Assembly: GCA_951406725.2 (NCBI GenBank)
Contig: OX597818.1
Span: forward strand, 106,950,001 to 107,014,000
Length of the DNA stretch: 64,000 bases
Direction of reading: 5' to 3'
From: Octopus vulgaris
Lineage: Eukaryota
Below the pieces are notes generated by a model. That model was not told the DNA's origin, ran no database searches, and was given only the letters and a program-made list of their open reading frames with translations. How positions within the stretch are numbered: the first letter of the stretch is position 1; each line of letters begins with the position of its first letter. The translations under genes and the position numbers were made by a program. Of the stretch, positions 1-11,629 are shown piece by piece.

Positions 1-404
1 GCTGTATAGTTATAGCAAAGAATAACCAAAACCTATTTGAAGATCAATTTAACATCTAAAAGAGATTAAATACATCCATATTGATTGCCATAATCCAATT
101 ATTGCAGAATTATTGGTTTGGTAGAAGTTAGCTAACCATGTTTGTTCGGAGTCAGAAAGTAGATGTCTGGCAATAATATTAATTCATTCGTTTTAAATCT
201 AAACCACTCACCTTAAACAGGTAATGTAATGGCTTCACTGGGTCTTGTTCGGATTTAGTGAAACACAACCAGATTTTTGACTTTTAGTCAATCCTTTTAA
301 ACAGCTTCCAATAATTTCCAATGTAATCACATGGCTACATGTTCGTTAGGAATCGTCGTCGTCGCCGTCATTGTCGTTGTCATCATCATCATCATCATCA
401 TCGT

Positions 405-600
405 TGTTGTTTACTTCACTTAATATCCAATTCCATGCTGGAATGGCTTGCATTATTTGACAGGAACTGGCAAGGCCAGAGTGCTGCACCAGGCTACATG
501 TCATGTCTGCTTTGGCAATGGTTTCTATGGCTGGGTGATGCCCTTCCTAATGCCAACCACTTTACAGAATAAACTAAGTGTTTTTTATGTGACACCAGCA
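405..600 (-). mobile_element. RTE-type LINE 3' tail / RTE-tail short repeat (family C)
   Basis: Reverse complement matches the ...agtggttggcattaggaagggcatc...ccagcatggaa...(gat)n tail seen at 51037-51222 and after the RTE ORF end at 63545-63977. Confidence 0.7.
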
Positions 601-1057
601 CAGGTGCTTTATACATTAGGAATGTCTGATCAACTAAATTCACCTCAATACTCTTTTAATGTTTATTTAATTAAGCTCACAAGTGTGAAATGTAGAGTCT
701 CTCCAGACAGGATTTGAACCCAGAAAGTAAATGTACATAACTAAATGCCCCAAACTAGTTTGTCTACTGCTTTACTAAGTCCACTATTTAATTGCCCACC
801 TACACAATTTTAGTACAATACAAATTCTGTTGGCTATCGTTTACTTGTGAGGGAAGCTTTGTAAAACAGAATGATTTCACTAAATATTTTGCCTGCTCAT
901 GTAGTCATAATCAGAAACAGATGCCTTTGGGACCCCTCACACTTGATTCTGTGGAACATCCAGGATTGGACAGCCTAAGGAAGGGAGGACTTAACCAACA
1001 CCTGACTAGTACTCATTACAGATTAGCAGGTAGGTGTAATTGGAAATAAAGTGCCTT

Positions 1058-1280
1058 GCTTTATTGCCCACAAGGGGCTAAACATAGAGGGGACAAACAA
1101 GGATAGACAAAGGGATTAAGTCGATTACATTGACCCCAGTGCGTAACTGGTACTTAATTTATCGACCCCGAAAAGATGAAAGGCAAAGTCGACCTTGGCA
1201 GAATTTGAACTCAGAATGTAACGGCAGACGAAATACCACTAAGCATTTCGCCCGGCATGCTAAGGTTTCTGCCAGTTCAC
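1058..1280 (-). mobile_element. tRNA-derived SINE, family B
   Basis: Minus strand reads ctggcagaaacctt...gagttcaaattc (B-box-like)...gcctttcatcttttcggggtcgataaattaagtaccag; about 10 related copies in the window. The core resembles the MetaSINE central domain as recalled, not checked. Confidence 0.8.
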
Positions 1281-1756
1281 CACCACCTCTTCCTCTTCTT
1301 CTTCTAGTAACAAAACGAAGTTACTCTTCTGCTAAAGAATATCAACGTAGTATCATAAGATCTCCCCATCTGGATTAGACTGGTCATTGTATGATCTGAG
1401 CTCAAGTATGGTTGCAGCGATCTTTGCCTGTAATTCTTCTTCTGTTACCAAGCAATACTCTCAGTTATATTGACAACATGTGCTGCTGAATACGGTATTG
1501 TACCTAATTAAATAAATTGGTGGAAAACGGTCTTGTGCCTAATTAAAAGAGATCAGGATAACGTGCTGCTCCTCTCCTGATGAAATTATAAAATAGCATT
1601 CAAGGTAATGAAGACGCAGCTCAGAAGAGAAGGAGAGATAATGAAAGGATAAAGAAAGGGGGGAGGTTGGGGGAAAAACTGTGTGGAAAGGGTTGATAAT
1701 GAGAATGAGGGCTTAGATGTTATAAGGGCTTGGTTCTAAGAGGGGAAGGAAATAAT

Positions 1757-1791
<35 letters not shown>

Positions 1792-1970
1792 TTAACATCT
1801 ATTTCCCATGTCAGCAGGGATTGTATGGTTTGACAGGAGCCAGTAAGGCCCCAAGCCATGCTAGATTCCATTGTCTGTTTTGGTGAGGGTTCTATAGTTG
1901 GATGCCCTTCCTAATGCCAACCACTTTACAGAATGGACTGGGTAGTGCTGTTTATGTAGCATCAGCACCA
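1757..1970 (-). mobile_element. RTE-tail repeat (family C), degenerate
   Basis: (cat)n tail followed by ggatgcccttcctaatgccaaccact, the reverse complement of the family C core. Confidence 0.65.
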
Positions 1971-2473
1971 AAAAGATCACCAAGTACCTTGCAAGGTAAA
2001 AACTCCTTAACTGGAAGGTGAGAGTAGTACTGAGTGGGGTGTGGCTTGGTTGTTCAAAATGAGGGATGGGGATGCAATATGTGTTGATTCTGCTCCTTAG
2101 AGACTGCTACGGTGAAGAAAAGGGATGAGTTTTGGGAGGATGAGATATGGAGAAGAATGCTTGACAGGGCAGGTTGGGGGTAGAGGCAGGGACAGGGTCT
2201 AGAATCTGCATCACAAACAAAATATTTGTAGGATATCACTTTTGCAGTAACAGATATTTATAAACATCATCATCTTCATCCTCATCTTCCTCTTCATTTA
2301 ACTTCCATGTTCCATGGGTTGGACTAGAAATATTTTGAGTTCTTTACTTGTTGATGTTCTTTTTGTTTTGCTCTCCATATCAGCAAAGATCAAGAAGATC
2401 TGTAATCGACATTATTGGCATTATTTACATTATTTACATTTGACGGATATTTGTCCTCATCTTGTTTGTTGTT

Positions 2474-2519
2474 AACACAACATTTCGGCTGATTTATCCT
2501 TCAGCCTTCTTCAGGTGTC
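2474..2519 (-). ncRNA. Minimal type I hammerhead ribozyme motif
   Basis: Minus strand: gacac-CUGAAGA-a-ggcuga[aggauaaa]ucagcc-GAAA-u-GUU-guguu. Stem I gacac/guguu, stem II 6 bp, CUGANGA and GAAA cores intact, helix III essentially absent. Confidence 0.7.
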
Positions 2520-2592
2520 TTGGGGAAATTTCAAACCTGGGTTCTCCTTCCTAAGGTATTTTTTGATGTTATTATTATTGTTGTTATTGTTA

Positions 2593-2653
<61 letters not shown>

Positions 2654-2682
2654 CATTATTATCATTATTATTATCATTATTA

Positions 2683-2728
<46 letters not shown>

Positions 2729-2734
2729 GATCAT

Positions 2735-2810
2735 GGACATATGGCTTAGTGGTTAAGAGCGCAGGCTACTAACCCCAAGATTCTTAGTTCGATTCCAGGC
2801 GGTGACCTGA
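2735..2810 (+). promoter_or_regulatory. tRNA-like Pol III head (A box / B box)
   Basis: A box TGGCTTAGTGG at 2742-2752 and B box AGTTCGATTCC at 2786-2796 with tRNA-like spacing; no intact acceptor stem, so a SINE-type head and not a tRNA gene. Confidence 0.75.
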
Positions 2811-2881
2811 ATAATAATGATAATAATAATAATAATAATAATAATAACATCGAAAAATACCCAGGTTCGAAATTTCCCCAA

Positions 2882-2927
2882 GACACCTGATGAAGGCTGG
2901 AGGGTATATCAGCCGAAATGTTGTGTT
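2882..2927 (+). ncRNA. Minimal type I hammerhead ribozyme motif
   Basis: gacac(2882-86)-CTGATGA(2887-93)-a-ggctgg[agggtata]tcagcc-GAAA(2915-18)-t-GTT(2920-22)-gtgtt(2923-27). Confidence 0.7.
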
Positions 2928-3087
2928 AACAACAAACAAGATGAGGACAAATATCCGTCAAATATAAATAATGTAAATAATGTACATAATTGCTCATCTC
3001 TTAAATATAGAACTGTATCTGTAATCAAGGACTCCAACCATGACATCTCAGTCTTTATTTTTTATTATAATTGTTTTTTCATTTTTC

Positions 3088-3510
3088 AGGAGTAGCTGTG
3101 TAGTAAGATGTTTGCTTCCTAACCAGATGGTTCTGGGTTCAGTCCCACTGTGTGGCACTTTGGGCAAATCTATTCTACTATAGCCTTGGGCCAACCAAAG
3201 CCATTTGAGTGGATTTTGGTAGATGGAAACTGAAACAAGCCCAACATATATAAATGTGTGTGTGTGCATGTGTGTGTGTGTGTGCGTGTGTGTGTGTGTT
3301 TGAGTCAGTGTTTGACCCTCACATGATAATTAGTGTTGGTGTCTTGAAGTCCCTGTAACTTAGTGGTTTGGCAAAAGAGACTGATAAAATTTTTACCCAG
3401 CTTAAAAAAAATAAACACTGGGATCAATTTATCCAGTTAATATTTTTCAAGGCAGTGCCCCAGCATGGCCACAGTCTAATGACTTGAAGCAAGTAAAATA
3501 TAAAAGACAG
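3088..3510 (+). mobile_element. tRNA-derived SINE, family A (diverged)
   Basis: ggagtagctgtgtagtaag...gggttcagtcccactg head, internal (TG)n, ccagcatggccacagtc...gaagcaagtaaaa tail; homologous to 38657-39076. Confidence 0.8.
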
Positions 3511-3844
3511 AAACCTATGACTATGCTCATTGTGTTTCCAATGATGCTACAATTCAATTTGAGTGAGATTCAACTGTCATTTCTAGCAGACAGAGTGGTT
3601 GTGTAACATTTTCCTTGTTGAGTCACAAAATGTGTGGGTTTTTTTCTATACAATTCTGGTCTACTTTCTTGAAGTGGTTTTTGGGCTGTCTAGAGATTTC
3701 TGAAGACTAGATCTATATTCCAAGACGAAAATAAGCGAAAGTGTTTATGATATAATAAAAATTCTTCCTTGTTGCTAGGACACAAACAAGATTTACAATG
3801 TACTATACATGTGTTTACCATCAAGGGAGATGCAAAAATGTATG

Positions 3845-3846
<2 letters not shown>

Positions 3847-3888
<42 letters not shown>

Positions 3889-4339
3889 AGGGTGATGAAG
3901 GATGGAAAGAAGAATAAGAAGAATAGACTCCAAGAAAGAGAGGAAGAAAGGTTGTAGGGAAGGGCGGGTGATGGAGGTAAATATTAAGAGAGGAAGAATA
4001 GAAGAGAGAGAGAGAGGGAGAGAAAAACAAGGGAGAGAAAAATATCAGAAGGCCGAATGAATGACAAAGGTAATTAGAAAGAGATGTAGTAAGAGAATAA
4101 GAGAAAATGAGAGAGAGTGAAGGAGAGAAGCAGAGAGGAGGAGGAATGAGAGAAGAGGAAAAAAGAGAGAGAAAGAAAGAGAGTGAGAGAGAAAGAGAGA
4201 GATGTGTATTTAAATTGAGAAGCAAAAGGAATGGAAGAAAGTTTATAAGAAGGAAGGTGTTCTTTCAATATGTGAAGTAAAGGAAAGAAAGAGAGAGAGA
4301 ATGAGAAGGAGATTGTGAAGGAAAAAGAGGGAGAGGTAT

Positions 4340-4404
<65 letters not shown>
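3847..4404. repeat. (GA)n and purine-rich low-complexity tract
   Basis: Direct reading. Confidence 0.9.
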
Positions 4405-4408
<4 letters not shown>

Positions 4409-4696
4409 GGAATTAGTGAGAAGAGACAGCAAAGTTGATATTTGCATGTCTTTCTCTTTGAAACTAGTGAGACTGATAATGGTCAATGGCTGCTGGTCTT
4501 TGGCATCTTCTGAGAAATATTGAGAATAAGGGAGTTTGGGAAGAGCAAGGCTCTGTTCAGTTTTCTTGCAGAACAGTGAAACTCGCTGAAGGCATCCAAC
4601 AAACACGTAGGAGTGTAGAACAGGTGTGTCACACACACCTTTAGAAGCATATATATATATATATATATATATTTAGAAGCATATATATATATATAT

Positions 4697-4980
4697 ATAT
4701 TGTTATATTTCGGAAAGGTCATATTGCCAGTTTAGCCAATAAAAACACATGTACTATATATTTGGTGTTATTTTTGCTTCAGTGTTATTTATTTTTTACA
4801 TTAATCTTAATCTTATTTCGGCCAGAGTTCTTTCGTCACACTGAAGCAAAATAACACCAAATATATAGTGCGTGTGTTTTTATTGGCTAAACTGGCAATA
4901 TGACCATTCCGAAATATAGCAATATCTGTTTCAACACACGACTTCACATAAAAAATCTTGCACAACAAATATTTAAACGT
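4697..4980 (+). mobile_element. Fold-back element with about 88-bp inverted arms in (TA)n
   Basis: 4697-4785 is a near-perfect reverse complement of 4838-4925; the right arm runs about 55 bp further; both flanks are TA-rich. Confidence 0.75.
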
Positions 4981-5015
4981 ATATATACATATACATATTG
5001 CCATGCATACACATA

Positions 5016-5049
<34 letters not shown>

Positions 5050-5327
5050 CACATGTGCATGCATATGCATTTGCATGTGTGTGTACAGGTGTGTGTATGC
5101 ATGTGCACACGTGTGCATGCATATGTGTGTGTGTGCGTATATACATATATAAATATATATATATATATATGATAAGTAGGCAAGCTGGCATGCCAGGTGA
5201 AACGCTTAATGGTATTTCATCTGTCTTTACGTTCTGAGTTCAAATTCCACTGAAGTTGACTTTGCTTTTCATCCTTTCAGAGGCGATAGATTAAGTACTA
5301 GTTGCGTACAAAGATTGATCTAATTGA

Positions 5328-5371
<44 letters not shown>

Positions 5372-5424
5372 TATGCACACATGTGTATATATATATATAA
5401 ATACATATACATCTATACATATAT

Positions 5425-6064
5425 TCTTTTATTCTTTTACTCTTTTACTTGTTTCAGCCATTTGACTGTGGCCATGATGTTGCACTGCCTTTAGTCGAAC
5501 AAAGCAACCCCAGGACTTATTCTTTGTAAGCTTAGTACTTATTCTATCGGTCTCTTTTGCCGAACTGCTAAGTTACGGAGATGTAAACACACCAACATTG
5601 GTTGTCAAGTGACAGCAGGGGGACAAACACAGGCACACAAATACATACATACATATAATAAATCTCTGAGCGAGGTATAAACAGTAGCTGCACGACATCG
5701 TGAAGTATATTTGCCACTTAAATGTGGCTAACCTGTAAGGGTGGATGCTACTGTAGCTTGTAGCCCCAGGAGGACACCTCCTCCTGCTGGCTATTGACAC
5801 ACTTTCTGTGCCCAATCAGTATTTGCAAAGGGAAGTCATCCTTCCCATCTCCAGCCTGATGTGATACACATGGACCCGGGTTTCTGAATATATATAATAT
5901 ATATACGATGGGCTTCTTTCAGTTTCCGTCTACCAAATCTACTCACAAGAATTTGGTTGGCCTGAGGCTATAGTAGAAGACACTTGCCCAAGTTGCCCTG
6001 CAATGGGACTGAACCAAGAACCAAGAGGTTGGGAAAGAAGCTTCTTACCACACAGCCGCTCTTG
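5425..6064 (-). mobile_element. SINE family A interrupted by an insertion at about 5661-5890
   Basis: Tail cttttacttgtttcag at about 5440 and head ...cttaccacacagccgctc at about 6060; foreign sequence lies in the internal TA/CA tract. Confidence 0.8.
5661..5890. mobile_element. Divergent relative of the 17.5/32.4/45.3 kb fold-back family
   Basis: Shares tatttgcca...tggc...ggatg...ctgta...tagccccaggag...ctggcta motifs with 32378-32470. Confidence 0.55.
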
Positions 6065-6506
6065 CACTTATGTGTATATACAGTGGTATATATAATATAC
6101 ATACAGACACACTCACACACACATATATATATATACATACAGACATATATATTCATATATATATGCACCTGTATATATATGATGTTGACTGAAACCCAGA
6201 GTAATTTCAAATAAAAAGTGATGTCCCCTTCTTTTACCTAAAAGTCAGATACATATTTTAAACCCCAGTTTTTTTTATTATTTTCTACTCAAGTATAATA
6301 TAATGCTACCCCCTGTTTATTGAGTGTGAGGATTTGCATTAGATTTCTCATTTGATACAAAAGTAAATGCCAAGTGTGGGGGGAGGGGGGGCGAGAGACT
6401 ATGATTAATGTTATGGTGGTATTTCAGTGGTAATTCATGAAAGAAACAGGAGGGGAGGGGGAGAATATTATGGGGCAAAGTTTATGCAAGGAGTGTAAGG
6501 CAATCA

Positions 6507-6556
<50 letters not shown>

Positions 6557-7019
6557 AGAAGTGAAAGAAGAGAGAAAGAGAGGTGGGGTAGAAGAAAGAG
6601 AGAGAAATGTGTGAGACAATGAGAAAGAGAGAGAGAAAACAGCGTGTTGGTGAGTGTATGTGTAGAGAAGAGAGTGTACATTAGAAAAGGAAGGAGAGAT
6701 AGAGAGATAGATAGAGAGATAGATAGAGGGGTGGTGCCCTATTTATTGAGATTGTGACTATAATTAAAGTGTAGGTTGTGTTATTATGTTTGGTAGTGCA
6801 ATGATATGTTCAAAGACAGACTGACACACAACTCTATAGTAAAGTTTCAGTGACAAACAGATCCACTGTGTATTCCTGTTCTTTGTTGAAAGGAAAATAT
6901 TGTTTGTTTGAAGACTGAACAAAAAATTGTTTCAATGGGCAGAAACTGAGAGTCTTCAGAATTACAGAGCAAAAAAAAAAAAAAGGAGCGAAACAAAACA
7001 AAACAAAAAGGAAAGACAA

Positions 7020-7420
7020 TAAAGTTCCAATAAAAATAGGTAAACATTGAGAAGAAAGAAATTGGAGGAAAGGATAAGGAATTGAGAAGATGGGCAATAT
7101 GGGGAAGGAAGGGGACAAAAATGGTAAGAAAACATAAGGAATGATAAAGAATAGCAAGGAAGGTTAAGAAAGGAGTAAGAAATAATTAGAAAATAGTAAG
7201 AAACAGTGAGAAAAGGTAAAAAAAAAAATATCAAGGAATGGTAAAGAACTATGAGAAGTGGAAAAAATAGAGGAATATGAAATGACAAGAAACGGTAAAT
7301 AATGTTAAGAAATGATTAAAATTGGTTAGAATGAAATTAAAGGTAAGAAATACCATTGAAGTGATAAGAAATGGTTAGTAAATGATTAAAGAAGTGGTAG
7401 GAAATAGAATAAATGATGAT
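7020..7420. repeat. Degenerate purine-rich about 10-bp repeat (ggtaagaaat-like), resuming at 8315-8540
   Basis: Recurrent atggtaagaa/aatagtaaga variants. Confidence 0.55.
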
Positions 7421-8914
7421 TTTTTTAATGGATTAGGACAATAGAGCTGTAATGATGCCTTTTGTAAGAGTTCTGTGGTAAATGAGAATGGTTGATGATG
7501 AGGTTGAATAGTTGTGAAGTGACAGGTGAATGAAAAATGTGGGAAGGGAAATCTAGAAAAATTGGGTTTAGTGATTGGTGTCATGCCTGATAAAGGGAAT
7601 GCAGTAAGTGTTGTTGGTATTGCTGTTGTTTATCCCCAGTTCAACATTGATTCAAACCCTGATGATCAAAAACATTCAACCTGTGACATATTTTTTAGCA
7701 GTATACAGCACTATATTTCCACTGAGGTCGACATTGCCTTTCATCCTTTCAGGATTGATAAATTAAGTACCAGTTGCGTACTGGGATCGATCTTATCGAT
7801 TGGCTCCCTTCTCCCAAAATTTTGGGCCTTGTGCCTAGAATAGAACAGAGTATATAGAACTATATTAATTACTGTGTCCTTTCCTTAATAAAAGCAGGGT
7901 GTCATTTGAGGGAAATTTGGCTGCTGTTTCTAGCAGATTGAGTAACTATATAGAGGATGGATAAATTGCATGTTTGAGGGACAGTGGCCATTGGATTAAA
8001 TGGAGTTAGATCTGAACAAAGAGACAAGCTGTGTGTTAGTATTTGAAGTATGTTTGACAGATTTACTTTAGATGTAGTCAAGGCTGTTTGTATTCAGCAG
8101 CAGCAGCACCAGCAGCAAAGCAACAGTAGCAGAGCAGCAGCAACAGCAGAACAACTACAGCAGCAGAGCAACAGCAGCACTGTCCTCTGTGTGGGAGCAA
8201 TTGTACTTTGGAGAAAGACAATTGTGGTTCTGAAGTATTTTCCAGCTCTTCAGGTTAAGGAATACACTTTTGGATGCAGTTTTTGCAATGTAAGAGATGT
8301 GGCCACCAGGGACCGTAAGTGAATGGTACAAAATAGCAAAGAATGGTATTGTAAGGAATGGTAAGAAATGAGAAGGAACTATAAGACTCAGCAAGAAATT
8401 GTGAGAAGTGGAAAATGGTAAAGAGTGATAGGAAATAGTAAAGAATAGAAAGAAGTGGTAAGGTATAGCAAAGAATGGTAAAATAAAGGAATATTAAGAG
8501 TTGAGAGGATAAAATGGTCAGGAATTATAAGGAGTGGTAAAAAAATCCATAAAAATCTTTGTATAATTGTGGCCGGGGTTTGAATGTATAGTGTGTCTAA
8601 GCAAAAGACAGGATGGTCATGGCTGGAATGCCTTTGATTATTGATTTATTGAATCAGGGCTGAGCAACAAAAACAATTCTCATGTTTCTTAAAAAGAAAA
8701 CAAAAAAATGAACCACAATAAAAAAAAGCAATTTCTTTCTTTCCATTTGATATGATTACTTGACTTTTATTCTGCTTTTAAGAATTCCTCCATGGGAACC
8801 ATATTCAAGTCAACCATATTGACTTGAAATAAAATGAGTTGGATCACAACTCTTCTGATTAGACTCCCTGCAAGAATTGAACTTAACTCTCTCAGTTGAT
8901 AAATCTTTTGTCTT

Positions 8915-9335
8915 TCATCTTTTACTTGTTTCAGTCATTAGACTGTGGCCATGCTGGGGCAGCACTGCCTTGAAGAATTTTTAGGCAAATGAATCGACCC
9001 CCAATACTCCCTTTTCTTTTTTTAAGCCTGATTTTTATTCTACCAGTCTCTTTTGCCGAACCGCTAAGTTACAGGGATGTAAAGACACTAACAGTAGTAT
9101 GATGTGGGGGACAAACACACACACAAAGACACACAAACATACACACACACATACACACATACACACATATTCAAATACAATTATCTATGTAGGAAATGGA
9201 CTTCTTTCAGACAAAATTCATTCTCAAGGCTTTGGTTGGCCCAAGGCTATAATAGATGACATTTGTACAAGGTGCCACACAGAGAGACTGAACCTGGAAC
9301 CATGTTGTTGGGAAACAAGCTTGTTACCACACAAG
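8915..9335 (-). mobile_element. SINE family A (diverged)
   Basis: ttttacttgtttcagtcattagactgtggccatgctgg...ctcttttgccgaaccgctaagttac...ttaccacacaagc. Confidence 0.75.
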
Positions 9336-9873
9336 CACTTATCCTTTATTCATAATTCTGTGGTGTCTATTAATGGCCAGGTGGATTGGCTCATTTGTGA
9401 GCTAGGTGTCTTGGCCATTATGGCAACACAACTGGCTTTGAACTGTTGACCTTTCAGCTAGTTACCTGGTAACCTATTGATTTGTCCATCTCCACACAAC
9501 CAAATATTGGCCTCGATGTCTTACAGTTGAGTTTATTTTATTAAATGATCAACAGTCTTAATAGCAAAGACGGATACATCCGTCATAGAGATCACCTATT
9601 TTGATCTGGATAGATTTTGGCTGCAGAAACTCTGTTAATATGAGTCAAAAACCTCCGGGGATTGTGGCTGTTCTACTCAATACACTCGTTTGTCATGCTT
9701 ACTTGCATGAGAGACAGAACGATAGAGTCTTGCACACAAATACATTTTAGTATATTAACCAATGTCAAGATCAAAGCACAATTTTTATGGTAAATGAGGA
9801 AACAGCTTGCTAAATATCTGTGTCTATACATTTACAGAACAAACTTGGTTGTTTGACTTCTTAAAAACAGGTC

Positions 9874-9955
9874 ACTATGCTTGTGTGTATGTAAATACAT
9901 GCACTTACATTATAAACTATGCTTGTGTGTATGTAAATACATGCACTTACATTAT
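9874..9955. repeat. 42-bp-period tandem duplication
   Basis: actatgcttgtgtgtatgtaaatacatgcacttacattat at 9874 and at 9916. Confidence 0.9.
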
Positions 9956-11293
9956 GTGTGCATGTGTGTGTGAGTGCATAAGTGCAAGCATTTGTGTGTG
10001 TGTACGTACATGGTTGTATATTATGTGTATATACACACATATACATATGTGTGATATGTAGATATATGTACATACATATATCTATATATATATACATATA
10101 CATGTATACATGTATATAAGTGTGTATGTGTGTGTGTGTGTGTATTGCACACATATACAATGCACTTTGTCTGCTAGATGGTTCTCATAGAAATCAATAC
10201 CATTACACTGGAGTGTGCATTCTTGGGTATTTACTTTGCTACCAGCTGAGAGTGATAGGAAAATGTCAGATGGAACTCAAGAGATGGTATTCAGTTATTT
10301 AAATATGCATCAAGTATTTTAATAACTAACAATATCATCATCATCGCCATTACCATCACCACCACCACTACCACCATTGTCGTCGTCATCCTCACCATCA
10401 TCATCATGAACTTGCAAGCAAAATTTAGGTTTCAGTTTGTAGATAAAAATGATAAACATCTGATTCCTTAAATGTATGATTGTTGTAATTACCATTTTCT
10501 TCAGCATTTCTTTAGGAACAACAGGCTCTGTTGTTTGGTTGTAATGCTTGGATTGTAGAAGTCTTTCTATTCAAAATTCGAATGTTTACTGAAGAATCTG
10601 ATTCTTGATTCCAACTGAGTTTATTTTTACTCCACTGACTCTTCTCCAAACACAAAAGGTATATTGCAGAATCTGTTTTTCACAGAAGTTAAGCAGAATT
10701 ATGGTGCTAAGTCCTTTAAGCATTAGTCTGTAGACATTAATCCACCGATCAGCTACACTTTATGTAAATATAAAATACCTAAATATATTATCTTTAGAAA
10801 CTTTTAAGAGACAGTGAATGCCTCTGGTTTCATAGCTTTAAGCAGAAGAGAGATGAATCTCACTCTGACAGGATTCTAGTCTATTTCAGATAAAATGTTG
10901 GACTTGTGAGTCCTAAGTAGGTAGCCTGGAGCATGGGAGAATTCTCTCTCATTCATTACTGTTAAAATCCTATCTGAACTAATTTTCTCATTTTCCTACT
11001 TAAATCATGCTTTTTTTCCCTTTTTTTTTGTGTATGATGAATTTAGAATTGATTCTACAGAGATGTCTGTTAGGGATCTGTTTTCTTGCAGCATTTTAAG
11101 ACAACACTGAATGATTTTGAAACAATATTACTCTTTGCTTTATTAAGCTTATCTTGAGGTTGCATCCATAGCCTTCACATCCTCCCCAAGACTGCTGAGA
11201 TCAATTTTGTTAATGTCGAAAGCCAACAACTGTAGAAAGATAGATAGATAAACAGATATATATATATACACATACATACATATATATATATAA

Positions 11294-11352
<59 letters not shown>

Positions 11353-11629
11353 GAGAGAGGCGGTGGAGAAGGAACCTTTATTTGTTGGATGTGGGTGATA
11401 GAATTTATGATTTTGAAGAGGGAGTCCAGTCTTTGTGATGCATTTTTAAGTCTGCTGAGTAAATGTGTTTGCCAGGAGAGATCTTCGGTTATGGTGAGTC
11501 CTGGCATTTGCAAGAGCATTCAAATAGTGTGTTATTCAAGTTTGGTGAACATGGATGAATAATATTTAATGCGGTGAAGTGATTGTATCTGTTGAAGAAA
11601 ACAGGATAAATACAAGCACACTGGACAAT

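Larger units (their letters stand above)
2408..3016 (+). mobile_element. Fold-back non-autonomous element: inverted arm + tRNA-like head + (AAT)n + hammerhead-containing arm (Penelope-like architecture)
   Basis: 2419-2570 is the reverse complement of about 2848-2983; tRNA-like head at 2735-2810; 10-bp direct repeat atctgtaatc at 2398-2407 and 3017-3026 (TSD); second copy at 40396-40876. Confidence 0.85.

Noticed and set aside
205-340. Strong minus-strand donor AAG|gtgagt near 211
   Set aside because: No convincing acceptor or open frame upstream; isolated donors arise by chance.
2735-2810. Possible tRNA gene
   Set aside because: A and B boxes are present, but acceptor and anticodon stems do not pair properly and it is embedded in a repeated element.
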